Positions 29,620 to 40,203 of a stretch of 64,000 nt of DNA are shown piece after piece. Source of the DNA: Nitrosopumilus sp. (lineage in GTDB: Archaea > Thermoproteota > Nitrososphaeria > Nitrososphaerales > Nitrosopumilaceae); NCBI GenBank assembly GCA_965218785.1, contig OZ244650.1, positions 1,888,001 through 1,952,000 of the forward strand, given 5' to 3'. Every line of letters starts with the position of its first letter. Position 1 is the stretch's first letter. The notes beneath the pieces were generated by a model, which worked only from the letters and a program-made list of their open reading frames with translations, searched no databases and had not been told where the DNA came from. The position numbers were made by a program, and so were the translations under genes.

Positions 29620-30684
29620 ATGACAAAAAATCAGGATCGCATGCGACCTCACACCATGGAACTGCCTAGGCTCATCGAGATCGGCGAGAAGAATATCGGG
29701 AATTTCGGGAAATTTCTGGTTTCATTAAACAAGCCAAAAAAGGTCTCCCTGATATCAGGGGTCAATGTTCAAAGGGTTCTAAAAAAGAAGGTAGAGAGAT
29801 CGCTTGAATCAAAAAAAATTCAGTGTATATGGCATACGTCAGGGGACAACCAGGTAAAATCATTAAATCTGATCCAAAAGGCCGTCAAAAAAGACAGTCC
29901 GGATCTGATTGCCGGAATCGGCGGGGGCCGTTCGGTGGATACAGCAAAGATGATCTCGTATAACCTGGACAGGCCGTTTGTAAGCCTGCCGACTGCGGCC
30001 TCGCACGACGGAATGGCAAGCCCGTTTGTCTCTGTAAAGAGCGACAAGCCGCACTCAATCGTGGCCTCTGCACCGATGGGCGTCTTTGTGGATATTGACG
30101 TGATCAAAAAGGCCCCTGCCAAACTGCTGGCTAGCGGATGCGGGGATTTGATTGCAAACATCATTGCAGTAAAAGACTGGCAGCTGGGTCACAAAAAGAA
30201 GAAAGAGTACTATGGGAGGTATGCGGCGGATTTGGCATTGATGAGTGCCAAGATAGTTATGGAGAATTCGGCCAGGTTTGCAAGGAACGGGCCGGATGCA
30301 AGGGTGATCGTGGAGGGATTGATAAGTGCGGGAGTCGCCTCGTGTATTGCAGGAAGCAGCAGGCCGTGTTCGGGTGCAGAGCATCTGTTCTCACACGCAC
30401 TTGACAAGATTGCACCGGGTGTGGGACTGCACGGGGAAAAGTGCGGGATTGGATCCATAATGATGGCAAAGCTGCAGGGACAGGACTGGAAAAAGATTGC
30501 AAGGACGCTAAAGGACGTCAGGGCGCCGACTACTGCGAGGCAGATTGGTCTCAGCCCCGACGTGATAGTGGAGGCTCTGACTATTGCACAGGATCAAAGG
30601 CCGGAGAGATATACGATTTTAAAGGAGATAAGGATGACTGGAAAAAAAGCGTACAGTCTTGCTAAAAGTACAAAGGTAATTTGA
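29620..30684 (+). CDS. egsA: sn-glycerol-1-phosphate dehydrogenase
   Basis: GGGRSVDTAK, PTAASHDG, SRPCSGAEHLFSH, LHGE, RPERYTIL. Confidence 0.96.
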   Translation: MTKNQDRMRPHTMELPRLIEIGEKNIGNFGKFLVSLNKPKKVSLISGVNVQRVLKKKVERSLESKKIQCIWHTSGDNQVKSLNLIQKAVKKDSPDLIAGIGGGRSVDTAKMISYNLDRPFVSLPTAASHDGMASPFVSVKSDKPHSIVASAPMGVFVDIDVIKKAPAKLLASGCGDLIANIIAVKDWQLGHKKKKEYYGRYAADLALMSAKIVMENSARFARNGPDARVIVEGLISAGVASCIAGSSRPCSGAEHLFSHALDKIAPGVGLHGEKCGIGSIMMAKLQGQDWKKIARTLKDVRAPTTARQIGLSPDVIVEALTIAQDQRPERYTILKEIRMTGKKAYSLAKSTKVI

Positions 30685-31521
30685 CTAGGGCGTGGTTTGT
30701 TTTGTTTCAGGCTTTGATTCTGGTGTAGTTTGTTTTGTTTCAGACTTTGTTTCCGGTGTAGTTTGTTCTGATGTTGTTGTCGCTGTTGTTTCTGGTGTGG
30801 TTTGTTTTGTTTCAGACTTTGTTTCCGGGGTCTGTTTGTTTAGATATGTTTCAACAAAACTTAGCTTGTTTAATGTTGGAACAAATTTGAATACATCCTG
30901 TTGAATAAAGTACTTTGTTATTTGCAAACTCTCTGCACGGAAAAACTCTTCTGGAATTGCAATATCTACGTCATTGTCTTTCAGGTCAAATATGATTTTT
31001 GCATCCTCGACATCAAATCGGTTTTTAAGGATTCCATCAATTTTATCATGGGGAGAATCAAGTGATTTTATCACGTGTACATCAAAGAGGATCGTTTTGC
31101 CTGCATATCTGTGGTTGTAATCCATCTGTACCCTGCCAGAGCCAATAAAACGGATAATTCCCTTTTTGTTATCAACTTCGATTGTATCACCTACTGAAAC
31201 TTTTTCGGCATCCTCGCCTAGTTTTCTGATTGGAATCATTCTGACTTTTTTGGAGTCTCTTTGGCCAAATCCCTTATCGGGCGTGACTTCGACTGTAAGT
31301 TTGTCTCCGACAGATGTTTGTGCAAGCGCCTCGTCTAGTCCTTGTAGAACAGAAAAGGACACCTCGCCAATTGAGACCAGCTTTGGTCGATACGTGATGT
31401 GTGATTCATAAATGGAATGTTTTTTTGCTGTCTCTTCATTGGTGGTATCAAAGACCTCGTCATTATCTTTTATTTTTGCAGTATAATCCACCTGGATCAG
31501 CGAACCCTTATTGAAAGTCAA
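30685..31521 (-). CDS. slyD: FKBP-type peptidyl-prolyl isomerase (long archaeal type)
   Basis: VDYT...FDTT, GLDEAL, DYNHRYAGK. Confidence 0.92.
   Translation of the reverse strand: MTFNKGSLIQVDYTAKIKDNDEVFDTTNEETAKKHSIYESHITYRPKLVSIGEVSFSVLQGLDEALAQTSVGDKLTVEVTPDKGFGQRDSKKVRMIPIRKLGEDAEKVSVGDTIEVDNKKGIIRFIGSGRVQMDYNHRYAGKTILFDVHVIKSLDSPHDKIDGILKNRFDVEDAKIIFDLKDNDVDIAIPEEFFRAESLQITKYFIQQDVFKFVPTLNKLSFVETYLNKQTPETKSETKQTTPETTATTTSEQTTPETKSETKQTTPESKPETKQTTP
30690..30838 (-). repeat. Tandem repeats coding KQTTPE(T/S)K(S/P)ET in the FKBP tail
   Basis: Repeated GTTTGTTTTGTTTCAG(A/G)CTTTG units. Confidence 0.85.
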
Positions 31522-31783
31522 TGTGATCGGTCTTGAATTTCCTTATATTAAGTTAAACCTAGATGAGCTCTAATTTAGCACCGTAAATCAGAGATGAATG
31601 TTTTATCAAAATTTATCATGAGATTAGCCGTTTGGCTGGAAATAACGGGAAAACATTAAGATGAATCACAAGATATCAAATATTGTTAAAATTTCCAAGA
31701 AAGATCATTGAGAAAAAATATCCGTCAAAAAATATGTACATATCTTAGAAAATTATTTAAAGATAGAAATTCAAGTCATAAAA

Positions 31784-32701
31784 ATGACCATTTTTACTAT
31801 AGATTCAGAAAAACTATCTCCTGTGTCAGAAATTCTCTTTAAACTAGAAAAGGATTTGCAGAAACTTGTTGAAAGAAATCTCAAAGAGGTATTTGGATAC
31901 AATTTTGTAACAAGTGAATTTCAATTATCTGGGCTACGAATAGATACATTAGCTTTTGATAAAGAATCTAATTCTTTTGTAATCATAGAGTATAAACGTG
32001 AAAAAAGCTCATCTGTGATAGATCAAGGATATGCTTATCTTTCTTTATTATTAAATAATAAAGCAGAATTTATTCTCAATTACAATGAAACGCAATCTGT
32101 GCCACTAAAGAAAAAAGATGTAGATTGGACACAAACTAAGGTAATTTTTGTTGCACATTCTTTTACGCCACATCAACAACAGGCAATAAAATTTAAAGAT
32201 TTACCAATAGAATTATGGGAGGTAAAAAAATTTTCAAATAAAACAATTCTTTTCAATCAGATTAGATCATCAAAGAAAAATGAATCAATAAATAAATTAG
32301 ATTTAAAAAGTGATGTTGTTCGTTCAGTAAGTAGAGAAATAAAAACATATTCTGAAGAATATCATTTTGATAAAAACGGTAGTAAAAAAACTATTACACT
32401 TTATGAAATACTCAAAGAGAAAATTATGACATTAGGTGATGAAATAGAACCTGTTTTTAGAAAACATTACATTGCATTCAAATCAAAATCCAATTTTATA
32501 TATGTTAACATACAGAAAAATGTCTTACATGTGGATATATCATTGCAGCTAAATCAACTAATTGATCCTAAAAAAATTGTAAGAGATATGTCTAAAATTG
32601 GTCATTATGGTTCTGGAAATTCAAGAGTAACAGTAAAAGAGACTAAAGATATTCAATATCTTATATTTTTAATTGAACAAGCCTACTCAAAATTAAAATA
32701 A
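31784..32701 (+). CDS. PD-(D/E)XK endonuclease (NucS/DUF91-like) with DUF5655-like C-terminal domain
   Basis: EKDLQ, RIDTLA...IIEYK, VIDQGYAY; C-terminal KHYIAFK...RDMSKIGHYGSG. Confidence 0.8.
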   Translation: MTIFTIDSEKLSPVSEILFKLEKDLQKLVERNLKEVFGYNFVTSEFQLSGLRIDTLAFDKESNSFVIIEYKREKSSSVIDQGYAYLSLLLNNKAEFILNYNETQSVPLKKKDVDWTQTKVIFVAHSFTPHQQQAIKFKDLPIELWEVKKFSNKTILFNQIRSSKKNESINKLDLKSDVVRSVSREIKTYSEEYHFDKNGSKKTITLYEILKEKIMTLGDEIEPVFRKHYIAFKSKSNFIYVNIQKNVLHVDISLQLNQLIDPKKIVRDMSKIGHYGSGNSRVTVKETKDIQYLIFLIEQAYSKLK

Positions 32702-32849
32702 TTTTTTAATCAAGATATCACTGCTGTATAATCATAATTTTTTTCTTTTAGAAATCTATGAAATCATATTAAAGCATATTACAATCTCCAACATCATTTT
32801 GATAATAACAATCCAAATCACATTTATTTTTAGAACTGGTTCCCCAAAA

Positions 32850-33710
32850 TTAGATTATAGTTTCTTTTCTTCTTTTTTTGTTGACAATTTCATATCCCAG
32901 TCTTTTGATGATGGCATCCAGTAATTGGTACAAGTCGGTTTTAGTTGTGTATTTTCTTGAATAAGGTCCTACCGTGGTTCTTTTTCCCCGTGCAAGTTCG
33001 TATGCTTTATGAACAGACCCATCTCCAAAAATCCCTATGGCATTTCCATGATTTCCTTTAACTGCAGAAAAGCATGGAATATCAGTTGGTCCGTCACCCA
33101 GATAAATCATGTACTCAAACGGTATTCTTCTATTTTCAGGAGCGATTGAATCATTAACACTGTATGGATTTTTTCTCATCATTTCTACCGGGATTCCCTT
33201 GTTAATAGCATAAAGAAATTTTGTTTTTTCTGTAAATGTAACACTTGATTTTATTCCAGTGATTTTTTTTGTTTTTTGATCTTCTAGAAGCTTTGCAGCA
33301 TAGATATCATCAAAATGTTTGTTTAGTGGACTTCCTTTGATGATGTCTTCAATTCCTGAGGAGATGATATAAGATTCTAATTTTATTCCGGCATCAACAA
33401 AATCACTGTTTTTATTGACGGATTTTTTTAATTCTGAGATAAACTTGGTTACCCCCTTGTACGGTTTGACTTTTTTTCCAAAATCAAAAAGTTTCTGATT
33501 GGTATTTTGCTTGATTTCTCCGGAATTCATCATATCTACAATTGCAGTCATCCAGGCCAATGGTGGATCCCATCCCTGTTGGACCTGTTTTGCAATTTTC
33601 TTGTTCCAAAACGACTCTATGTCTATTCCGTTACTTTCTAAAAGTGCACTTGTAGTATCTGGCGCCAAGGTATCATCACAGTCACAGATTATTGCAATAA
33701 TATTTTGCAT
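32850..33710 (-). CDS. HAD-superfamily phosphatase
   Basis: DCDDTL (motif I), IISSG (II), K (III), YLGDGPTD (IV). Confidence 0.88.
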   Translation of the reverse strand: MQNIIAIICDCDDTLAPDTTSALLESNGIDIESFWNKKIAKQVQQGWDPPLAWMTAIVDMMNSGEIKQNTNQKLFDFGKKVKPYKGVTKFISELKKSVNKNSDFVDAGIKLESYIISSGIEDIIKGSPLNKHFDDIYAAKLLEDQKTKKITGIKSSVTFTEKTKFLYAINKGIPVEMMRKNPYSVNDSIAPENRRIPFEYMIYLGDGPTDIPCFSAVKGNHGNAIGIFGDGSVHKAYELARGKRTTVGPYSRKYTTKTDLYQLLDAIIKRLGYEIVNKKRRKETII

Positions 33711-34263
33711 ATTGACCTACTCTAAAGTTTGAATAAAAACAGTTTGCTTTTGATTTTACATCTCATTATGACATGCTAAAGGGGTGGGTATACAAATTGT
33801 CAGGTTATGTTACTTGGAGTAGTAACAGGAATAGAAATTCAACATCAGTTATGGAGATTGATTTTACAATGGAAATTCCAGCAGTAATAAAAGATGTTAA
33901 AATTAACACAAGGGATCGATACCCAATTGGTCTAGAGTATTACTAGCAGGTTTTCGGCGTGGTCCCATTAGCCTCAAGGGTACAAGTATCGATGTATGCT
34001 ATACTAAATCCTCCTATTTAGGAATTTCGTAGGACACCTGAATCTTGATATTTCCATCCATATCAAAAAGACGTTAAATGAGGGTTGTTCATGACATGAT
34101 TATCGTAATAATAGAACCATCATACGTGAATTATTATCAGACTCTAATAGAATATGTTGCTAATCGTTGTTGCAAAAGAGATCCAAAATGAGCTCAAAAA
34201 ACAACATTTTCCTCTCCTCCCCCTCAATCGGATATCAAAAGTGGAATATGTTTCCAATCTCAC

Positions 34264-35124
34264 TTAGCAAAAGTTCTGAGTGGAATAAACACCTTCACCA
34301 CCATTAATTATTACGCCGACTCCGATTCTATCATACTCTTCATCCAGAATATTTTCCCTATGTCCGGGACTGTCCATCCAGCCATCAACTAGTTCCTTTG
34401 CAAGTGTCTTCTCATCAGCTATCCAATTGTAAAATATTGCAATTCCAACAGTGGTATATGAATAATATGTATGACTTTGGTAAATGTTCTCGGCTAGTCC
34501 CTCCGTATAATATGAAAGGTATTCTTTCTTACATGAATATCCTGCCTTGTTTCCCCTGTCTGTTGAATCCTCTCCTTCAGGGGAATAATGTGAAAAATAA
34601 TCCCTGTCGGACATGTCCCAGCTGTGGTCTCTGGCAATAGAGTCGATTTCTGAAATTCTGGTTAATTTTTCAATTCCTCTCTGTTGTCGTTCATCATTTG
34701 TAAAATTGTAAATATGTTCTTCAATTAATGAAGGATTAAATTCGGACTTTAATCTTACTGGCAAAGTTGAAACATCCGGAATCTCAATCTGGGATATGGG
34801 GTATGTGGAATTATTAATTATATCATCAATAGAGTCTGGAAATTCGATTTTAGATATTGTGGTAATGGTACTGTCTGGAATATGGATGGTGACAAAATCA
34901 GTTATTTCCTGTATAATCTGTTCTAATTTTTCTTGATCTATTTTGATGATTTCATTGGAATAGCCAAAAACTATGATTATGGTACACATCACGATTGTAA
35001 TAGTTAATAATGCCGCAACCTTCTTTCCCGACTGCCTTCTCTGAGAGCGACGGTATGATTTTTTCCCACAGCTTGTACAAACAAAATATTCTGGAGTATA
35101 GACGTAACTATGATTACAGCCCAT
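34264..35124 (-). CDS. CAP/SCP-domain membrane-anchored protein with N-terminal Zn-ribbon
   Basis: N.ER...G, ARDHSWDM...YFSH, AENI, WMDSPGHRENIL, TQNFC; CNH...CTSC before a TM. Confidence 0.9.
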   Translation of the reverse strand: MGCNHSYVYTPEYFVCTSCGKKSYRRSQRRQSGKKVAALLTITIVMCTIIIVFGYSNEIIKIDQEKLEQIIQEITDFVTIHIPDSTITTISKIEFPDSIDDIINNSTYPISQIEIPDVSTLPVRLKSEFNPSLIEEHIYNFTNDERQQRGIEKLTRISEIDSIARDHSWDMSDRDYFSHYSPEGEDSTDRGNKAGYSCKKEYLSYYTEGLAENIYQSHTYYSYTTVGIAIFYNWIADEKTLAKELVDGWMDSPGHRENILDEEYDRIGVGVIINGGEGVYSTQNFC

Positions 35125-35413
35125 TGATTCTCTTTACAAATTATGAACTTAAACATATTGGATGTTGCACTGGTAAGTTAGTGGGTGTTTTGACTGCTAG
35201 TAAAGTTGGGACGTTTTGCAAAATTTTATCCCAAATAGCGATCTTCTTTGTATTGAAAAATTGAGGGCACGATATATCCTGATGATCAGTTCCATTTTAC
35301 ACCAGTCGGAATTGAGCTCACGCATGATCTGAAAAACTTGCCCGTGTGTTAGTTTCTTCGGAGATGGGTTAATTACACACAAATTCTATTAGATAGATGT
35401 GAGATTGCATAGA

Positions 35414-36205
35414 TTGAAAACCAGAATTAAAATCATAATTCCAATAATTATCGCAATTTCTATTTTAGCAGCTGTATTATTTGATACGGCATATTATACT
35501 GTACATAAAGACTGGGAGGGATTTATTCTGGATTATTTTTCTGATAACGAATTCCAAGAACTACTCAAGGGGGATTACGTGCAGGAAGCAGATATTGTAA
35601 CTATTACTGACAAAGATCTGGAGGAGGTTCCCAAATTAAAGGAGTTGATGGACATGGTAGTGATAAAGGAATTCCCATTTAATGAAATCGGTAGTGTCGC
35701 ATCTACGGTTGATACGATAAAAGAATATCACAGATACTATGCAATCATTTTAGCAGAAAAATATTCAAAAAATTCTGAGGACTTTTTTAGAACATCCACT
35801 GTGTCCGCCGATATATTGGAAAAATATCCTAATGCATATAGATATGAGTTTGATGGCGCACACTATGTATACAACGGAGTGCAGTATTCCTGGTTCAATG
35901 GATCTATGCTCATCCGTGAAGAGGGAGAATTGACAAATATTAGCACTGCAATAATGAATCATCCCCTAGATCCAAATCGCGACATATGGGCCACTATCAC
36001 CGATGAGGATTTGGAAAAAATGCCGCTGCTCAAAGAGGCAATTGGCAAAATTGGAACCATAGAGAAAAATATTCAGGTTCGCAGTGATAACATGTTACAT
36101 GCGGAATATCTCTCAACATATCAAAGATGGTTAGATGAAAAAACCTCCTCTTCCGTGTTTGAGTATGATGGGAAATATTTCCACGTGGGATGGTGGATGG
36201 AATAG
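35414..36205 (+). CDS. Membrane-anchored/secreted hypothetical protein with an internal repeat
   Basis: TTG start MKTRIKIIIPII; ITDKDLEEVPKLKE and ITDEDLEKMPLLKE repeat. Confidence 0.7.
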   Translation: MKTRIKIIIPIIIAISILAAVLFDTAYYTVHKDWEGFILDYFSDNEFQELLKGDYVQEADIVTITDKDLEEVPKLKELMDMVVIKEFPFNEIGSVASTVDTIKEYHRYYAIILAEKYSKNSEDFFRTSTVSADILEKYPNAYRYEFDGAHYVYNGVQYSWFNGSMLIREEGELTNISTAIMNHPLDPNRDIWATITDEDLEKMPLLKEAIGKIGTIEKNIQVRSDNMLHAEYLSTYQRWLDEKTSSSVFEYDGKYFHVGWWME

Positions 36206-36206
36206 A

Positions 36207-36500
36207 ATGAAAACTAGATTTTTGATAATTATCATCACGATTCAATCCCGGTGTCATTTTCCGGTGCTACACAATTCTTAGAGACATTTCATTTTCTCTC
36301 AATTCTGTAAACTGGGATGAACCCGAGATTATGAGTTTTGATAGATTAATCAGATATTCAACTGTTGAGAGGTTTCCTTTACAGACGTTAGTGTAACGCA
36401 TTAATACAGATTTGGCACAGAGTAAGTATGGAAAAATCTAAACTCAAAGATGAGGAACCGTGGGGGAAAAGAGATGATGAAGTATTTGAGAGATATGAAA
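36207..36500 (+). pseudogene. Degraded remnant of an MKTRFLII-type secreted protein gene
   Basis: ATGAAAACTAGATTTTTGATAATT directly after the previous stop, followed by early stops. Confidence 0.35.
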
Positions 36501-37110
36501 AAAGCCTGAAAAAATCAAAGTAATCTAATGACTCATGTTCTTCATGTACAATTTGACAAAGAATTCAACAAGTACTAAATACGCCTGATTCAAACTGCAA
36601 AATTGATACTGTAGCAGTTGTTCTGCCGATATAATTAGTTCAAAATTTGCCAATATCCGTTGTCCGGATTTAATTAATGATAAAATAAGAAGAAGAGAGC
36701 TACTGAGAATTTGTATGTTTATGCCATTCTCAAAAAATATAATTTGATTTTTGTAGGAGTCAGAAAAATCGGAAAGAAAGTACAACTGTATAACGATAAT
36801 TAAAAAGTTATAGCGGTCACAGAAATCATCGGTTTTACCATTATGATCAAAATAGATCATACTGATCAATGAATAATGGATATCCAAGGCATATCAACAA
36901 ACACTACGCATGATACGTATCATGCAATCATATCAGGAAAAACACTGTCTCTTTTTTGCATCCAAAATCAAAGCACACATTTTCCACATGTTAGCATGAA
37001 TAGCCATAATAAAATATGAATCATAATCAAATGAAAGATCCCGTCAAAATCAAGCAATTAAATGCAAGGATTTACCGATTAATACTGCTGATTCCAAATG
37101 GTAAAATACA

Positions 37111-40100
37111 ATGAAATTTGATGATGAAAAACTAGCGGCAATAGAGCATACCGGTTCTGCCCTACTAGTTACTGCAGGTCCCGGAAGCGGCAAGACCAGG
37201 GTAATTACAGAGCGAATAAAATTTTTGATAAAAACGGGATTAAGACCAACAGAGATTTTGTGTTTGACATTTTCAGAAAAGGCCGCACACGACCTCAAAG
37301 ACAGACTGGAAAACGATGATGAGATTAAGGAAAAAATCGACGTCTCTGAGATGCAGATTAGTACCTACCATTCGTTTTGCAGGGATTTACTAATAGATAA
37401 CACAACATCTACCGGACTGGGAATGAGGGGCGGGATACTAGACCGTCCGGTGTTTCTGGTGTGGGGCGTTCAAAACATCGACAAGTTTGGATTCGATGAT
37501 CACATAGAGATCGGAAACAATGCAGTTGATCTGATTGAAAAGATGGTTGACGGAATCAGTACGTTTACCAGTGAGTTGGTGACCCCCGACGAATTAGAGG
37601 AATACGTCAAAGCAAAATTCGACGGTTCTAAAAAGATAAAAGACGAGGAGGAAAGGGAGTATCTTCACATGCTGGAGAATCTCGTAAAGATGTACAGGGA
37701 GTACATCAGATTCAAAAAGGAAAACGACATTATGGACTTTGATGATCTCATAGTAGAGGCAAATAATCTGCTTGGCAACGAATCAAAACCCCACGCGTTA
37801 AACCAGGCCCAGAAAAGATACAGGCACATCCTAATTGACGAGTTTCAGGACAACAACTTTGCCCAGTTTTCAATTGTAAAAAAGCTGGCCAAAAACGGAA
37901 ACGTCACTGCAGTGGGAGATGCGGATCAGAACATCTACAGATTCCAGGGGGCATACACCCAGATCTTTGAGGATTTTGAAAAATCATTTCCGGATCACAC
38001 CAAGGTAGAACTGTTAAAAAACTGGAGAAATCCCAGACATGTAATTAGCTTCTCAAACCAGCTGTTAAGGCAAGACCGGCTTCGAGTACCAAAGGAAATC
38101 ACACCTACAAAAGACGACCCCCAGAAGGTGGGCGTAGTGGAATGCTCATCAGAGTATGCCCAGGCAGAATTTATCAGAAAAAAGATTCGTGAGTTGATGG
38201 ATGGTTCAGACTACAAATTCAGTGATTTTGCCATCCTATCTAGAAAACAAAAAGACGGGCTCAATGTCGCGCAGATTCTGGTATCAGATGGAATACCTGT
38301 AAAATACATTGGAAAATCAGAGATTCGAAACTCTGCCAAAGCAAGGATGCTGTTTGCATTTTTACGAATAATTGCAAACCCAATGAGATCCATGATCAGT
38401 ATCATCAGGATTTTACAAGAGTATGGAATATCAGAGCAGAACATCTCCAAGATAAATCACGAGGCCAAGATCAGGGCACAAGGCAGAACCGATGGAGATT
38501 ACGCCTATGACGTGCTCTCGGATTTGAAGATAGCGGATCTTACTCAGAAAAAAGAGCTGTCTGACATTTTTGCCATGATTCAGGATTTTATCAATCTTGC
38601 AAAAAACTCATCCCCGTCACAGACCATCTATCAGATAATTCGAAACAAGACAGATATTTACAAAAATATTGCAAATGACGACTCTATAACTAATTTCATA
38701 GAGCGCTCGATTCTAAATGACATTATAGAAAGTGTATATGATTTTGAAAAGATAAACACCCAGGCGGGAATCAAGGAATTCCTGGAATTTGCAGATGAAT
38801 TAGATAAATTCGACATTGAGATAAAACATGATACAGTTGATTCTGATGCGGTGCAAATATCCACAATTCACAAGAGCAAGGGGCTGGAATTTAGAACCGT
38901 CTTTATCATCGATGTTGCAACATACAAGATCCCGCTAAAGTATACTGAAAAACCGTTTTTTGTGCCAGAAGAACTCTCAAAAGGCGTAAAACCCGCATCT
39001 GATGCAAAGGAGGAATTTCTGCGAGAGGAAAGAAGGATATTCTATGTGGGCATGACTAGAACCATTGATAATCTGTTTTTGATGTATCCCACACAGTATG
39101 AGAGCAGAAGCAAGGCAAACAAGGCATCAAAGTTTCTTGTAGCGTTAAAACCCGAAGAAAATGACGATGTTGATTTTAAAAGACATGATTCTATTGCAAA
39201 TCCAGAGGTTTCAACCACGTTTGATGCAATAGAGATTCTCAAAAACGAAAAGCTCGAGCAAACAATCAAGAACCTTCACAGTGAACAGTATGAAAGTGCG
39301 GTTCAGAGAATCCAAGATTTGGCAAGGATTAGCTACTTTCAAAAAAACCAAGAGTCAGATGGATTCTCTTTTGGTGGATTGCTAGAGCAGTCACAGGGCA
39401 AGGAACTTGAGGCACAGTTACTTGGAACACAGCCAGAGAAATTGGGGTTTTCAAAAAAGAATCTCTCCTTTTCCAAATTTGATACGTACGAGAGATGTCC
39501 AAAACAGTTTTGGTATCAACACGTACTCAATGCACTGCCTGAAAACCAGGAGATGCCCGCACTATACAAAGGAAGTACGTTTCATGAGATCGTAGAGAAC
39601 TCGGCTAAAAGACAGAAGGAGGGCAAGATGGATGATGCAGAAGCGCTGCTAGGCGAACTAGAATCAATATGGGATCCAAAAAAATACCTTACAAGCTCGG
39701 TTCAAAAGCAACAGCAGGATAAGAAATCCCTTGCACCGGCACTACAAACATACCAAAGGTGGTCCAGATCAAATCCCAATGAGATCGTTGCGTTGGAGCT
39801 GCCATTCTCAATTCACATCGGAGGATTCCCCGTAAATGGCGTGATAGACAGAGTAGAAAAGACCCCCGAGGGCGAGTATGTGGTAATAGATTACAAGACA
39901 GGCGGGAAAAATAAGAAAGTTGATGCTGCAAACAGTGTGCAGTTGAACCTGTATAGCATGGCACTAAAGGAAAATCCGGATTTTGGTAGATACCCCATCA
40001 AGGCCATGTTTTTCTATGTGGAAAAGCCAGAAGGCGGGCAATTCTTTGAGTACAAGGTGGATCCTGCCAAAGTTGACGAGATAAAAAGCAAGTTGGAAGG

Positions 40101-40203
40101 GTATGTCAGCGCAATTCAAAACAAAGATTTTGATGCAAAGCCCGGATTGTTTACTTGCAAATGGTGTGATTACTCGGATATTTGCGATGAGGCTGAAAAA
40201 TAG
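37111..40203 (+). CDS. UvrD/REP SF1 helicase fused to a C-terminal PD-(D/E)XK nuclease (AdnB/AddA-like)
   Basis: AGPGSGKT, LTFSEKAA, IDEFQD, VGDADQNIYRFQGA, TIHKSKGLEF, EERRIFYVGMTR; then CPKQ, GVIDRVE, IDYKTG, QLNLY, CKWCDYSDIC. Confidence 0.93.
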   Translation: MKFDDEKLAAIEHTGSALLVTAGPGSGKTRVITERIKFLIKTGLRPTEILCLTFSEKAAHDLKDRLENDDEIKEKIDVSEMQISTYHSFCRDLLIDNTTSTGLGMRGGILDRPVFLVWGVQNIDKFGFDDHIEIGNNAVDLIEKMVDGISTFTSELVTPDELEEYVKAKFDGSKKIKDEEEREYLHMLENLVKMYREYIRFKKENDIMDFDDLIVEANNLLGNESKPHALNQAQKRYRHILIDEFQDNNFAQFSIVKKLAKNGNVTAVGDADQNIYRFQGAYTQIFEDFEKSFPDHTKVELLKNWRNPRHVISFSNQLLRQDRLRVPKEITPTKDDPQKVGVVECSSEYAQAEFIRKKIRELMDGSDYKFSDFAILSRKQKDGLNVAQILVSDGIPVKYIGKSEIRNSAKARMLFAFLRIIANPMRSMISIIRILQEYGISEQNISKINHEAKIRAQGRTDGDYAYDVLSDLKIADLTQKKELSDIFAMIQDFINLAKNSSPSQTIYQIIRNKTDIYKNIANDDSITNFIERSILNDIIESVYDFEKINTQAGIKEFLEFADELDKFDIEIKHDTVDSDAVQISTIHKSKGLEFRTVFIIDVATYKIPLKYTEKPFFVPEELSKGVKPASDAKEEFLREERRIFYVGMTRTIDNLFLMYPTQYESRSKANKASKFLVALKPEENDDVDFKRHDSIANPEVSTTFDAIEILKNEKLEQTIKNLHSEQYESAVQRIQDLARISYFQKNQESDGFSFGGLLEQSQGKELEAQLLGTQPEKLGFSKKNLSFSKFDTYERCPKQFWYQHVLNALPENQEMPALYKGSTFHEIVENSAKRQKEGKMDDAEALLGELESIWDPKKYLTSSVQKQQQDKKSLAPALQTYQRWSRSNPNEIVALELPFSIHIGGFPVNGVIDRVEKTPEGEYVVIDYKTGGKNKKVDAANSVQLNLYSMALKENPDFGRYPIKAMFFYVEKPEGGQFFEYKVDPAKVDEIKSKLEGYVSAIQNKDFDAKPGLFTCKWCDYSDICDEAEK

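Noticed and set aside
36525-36887. 120-aa minus ORF
   Set aside because: Composition is typical of AT-rich non-coding or decayed DNA; no motif.
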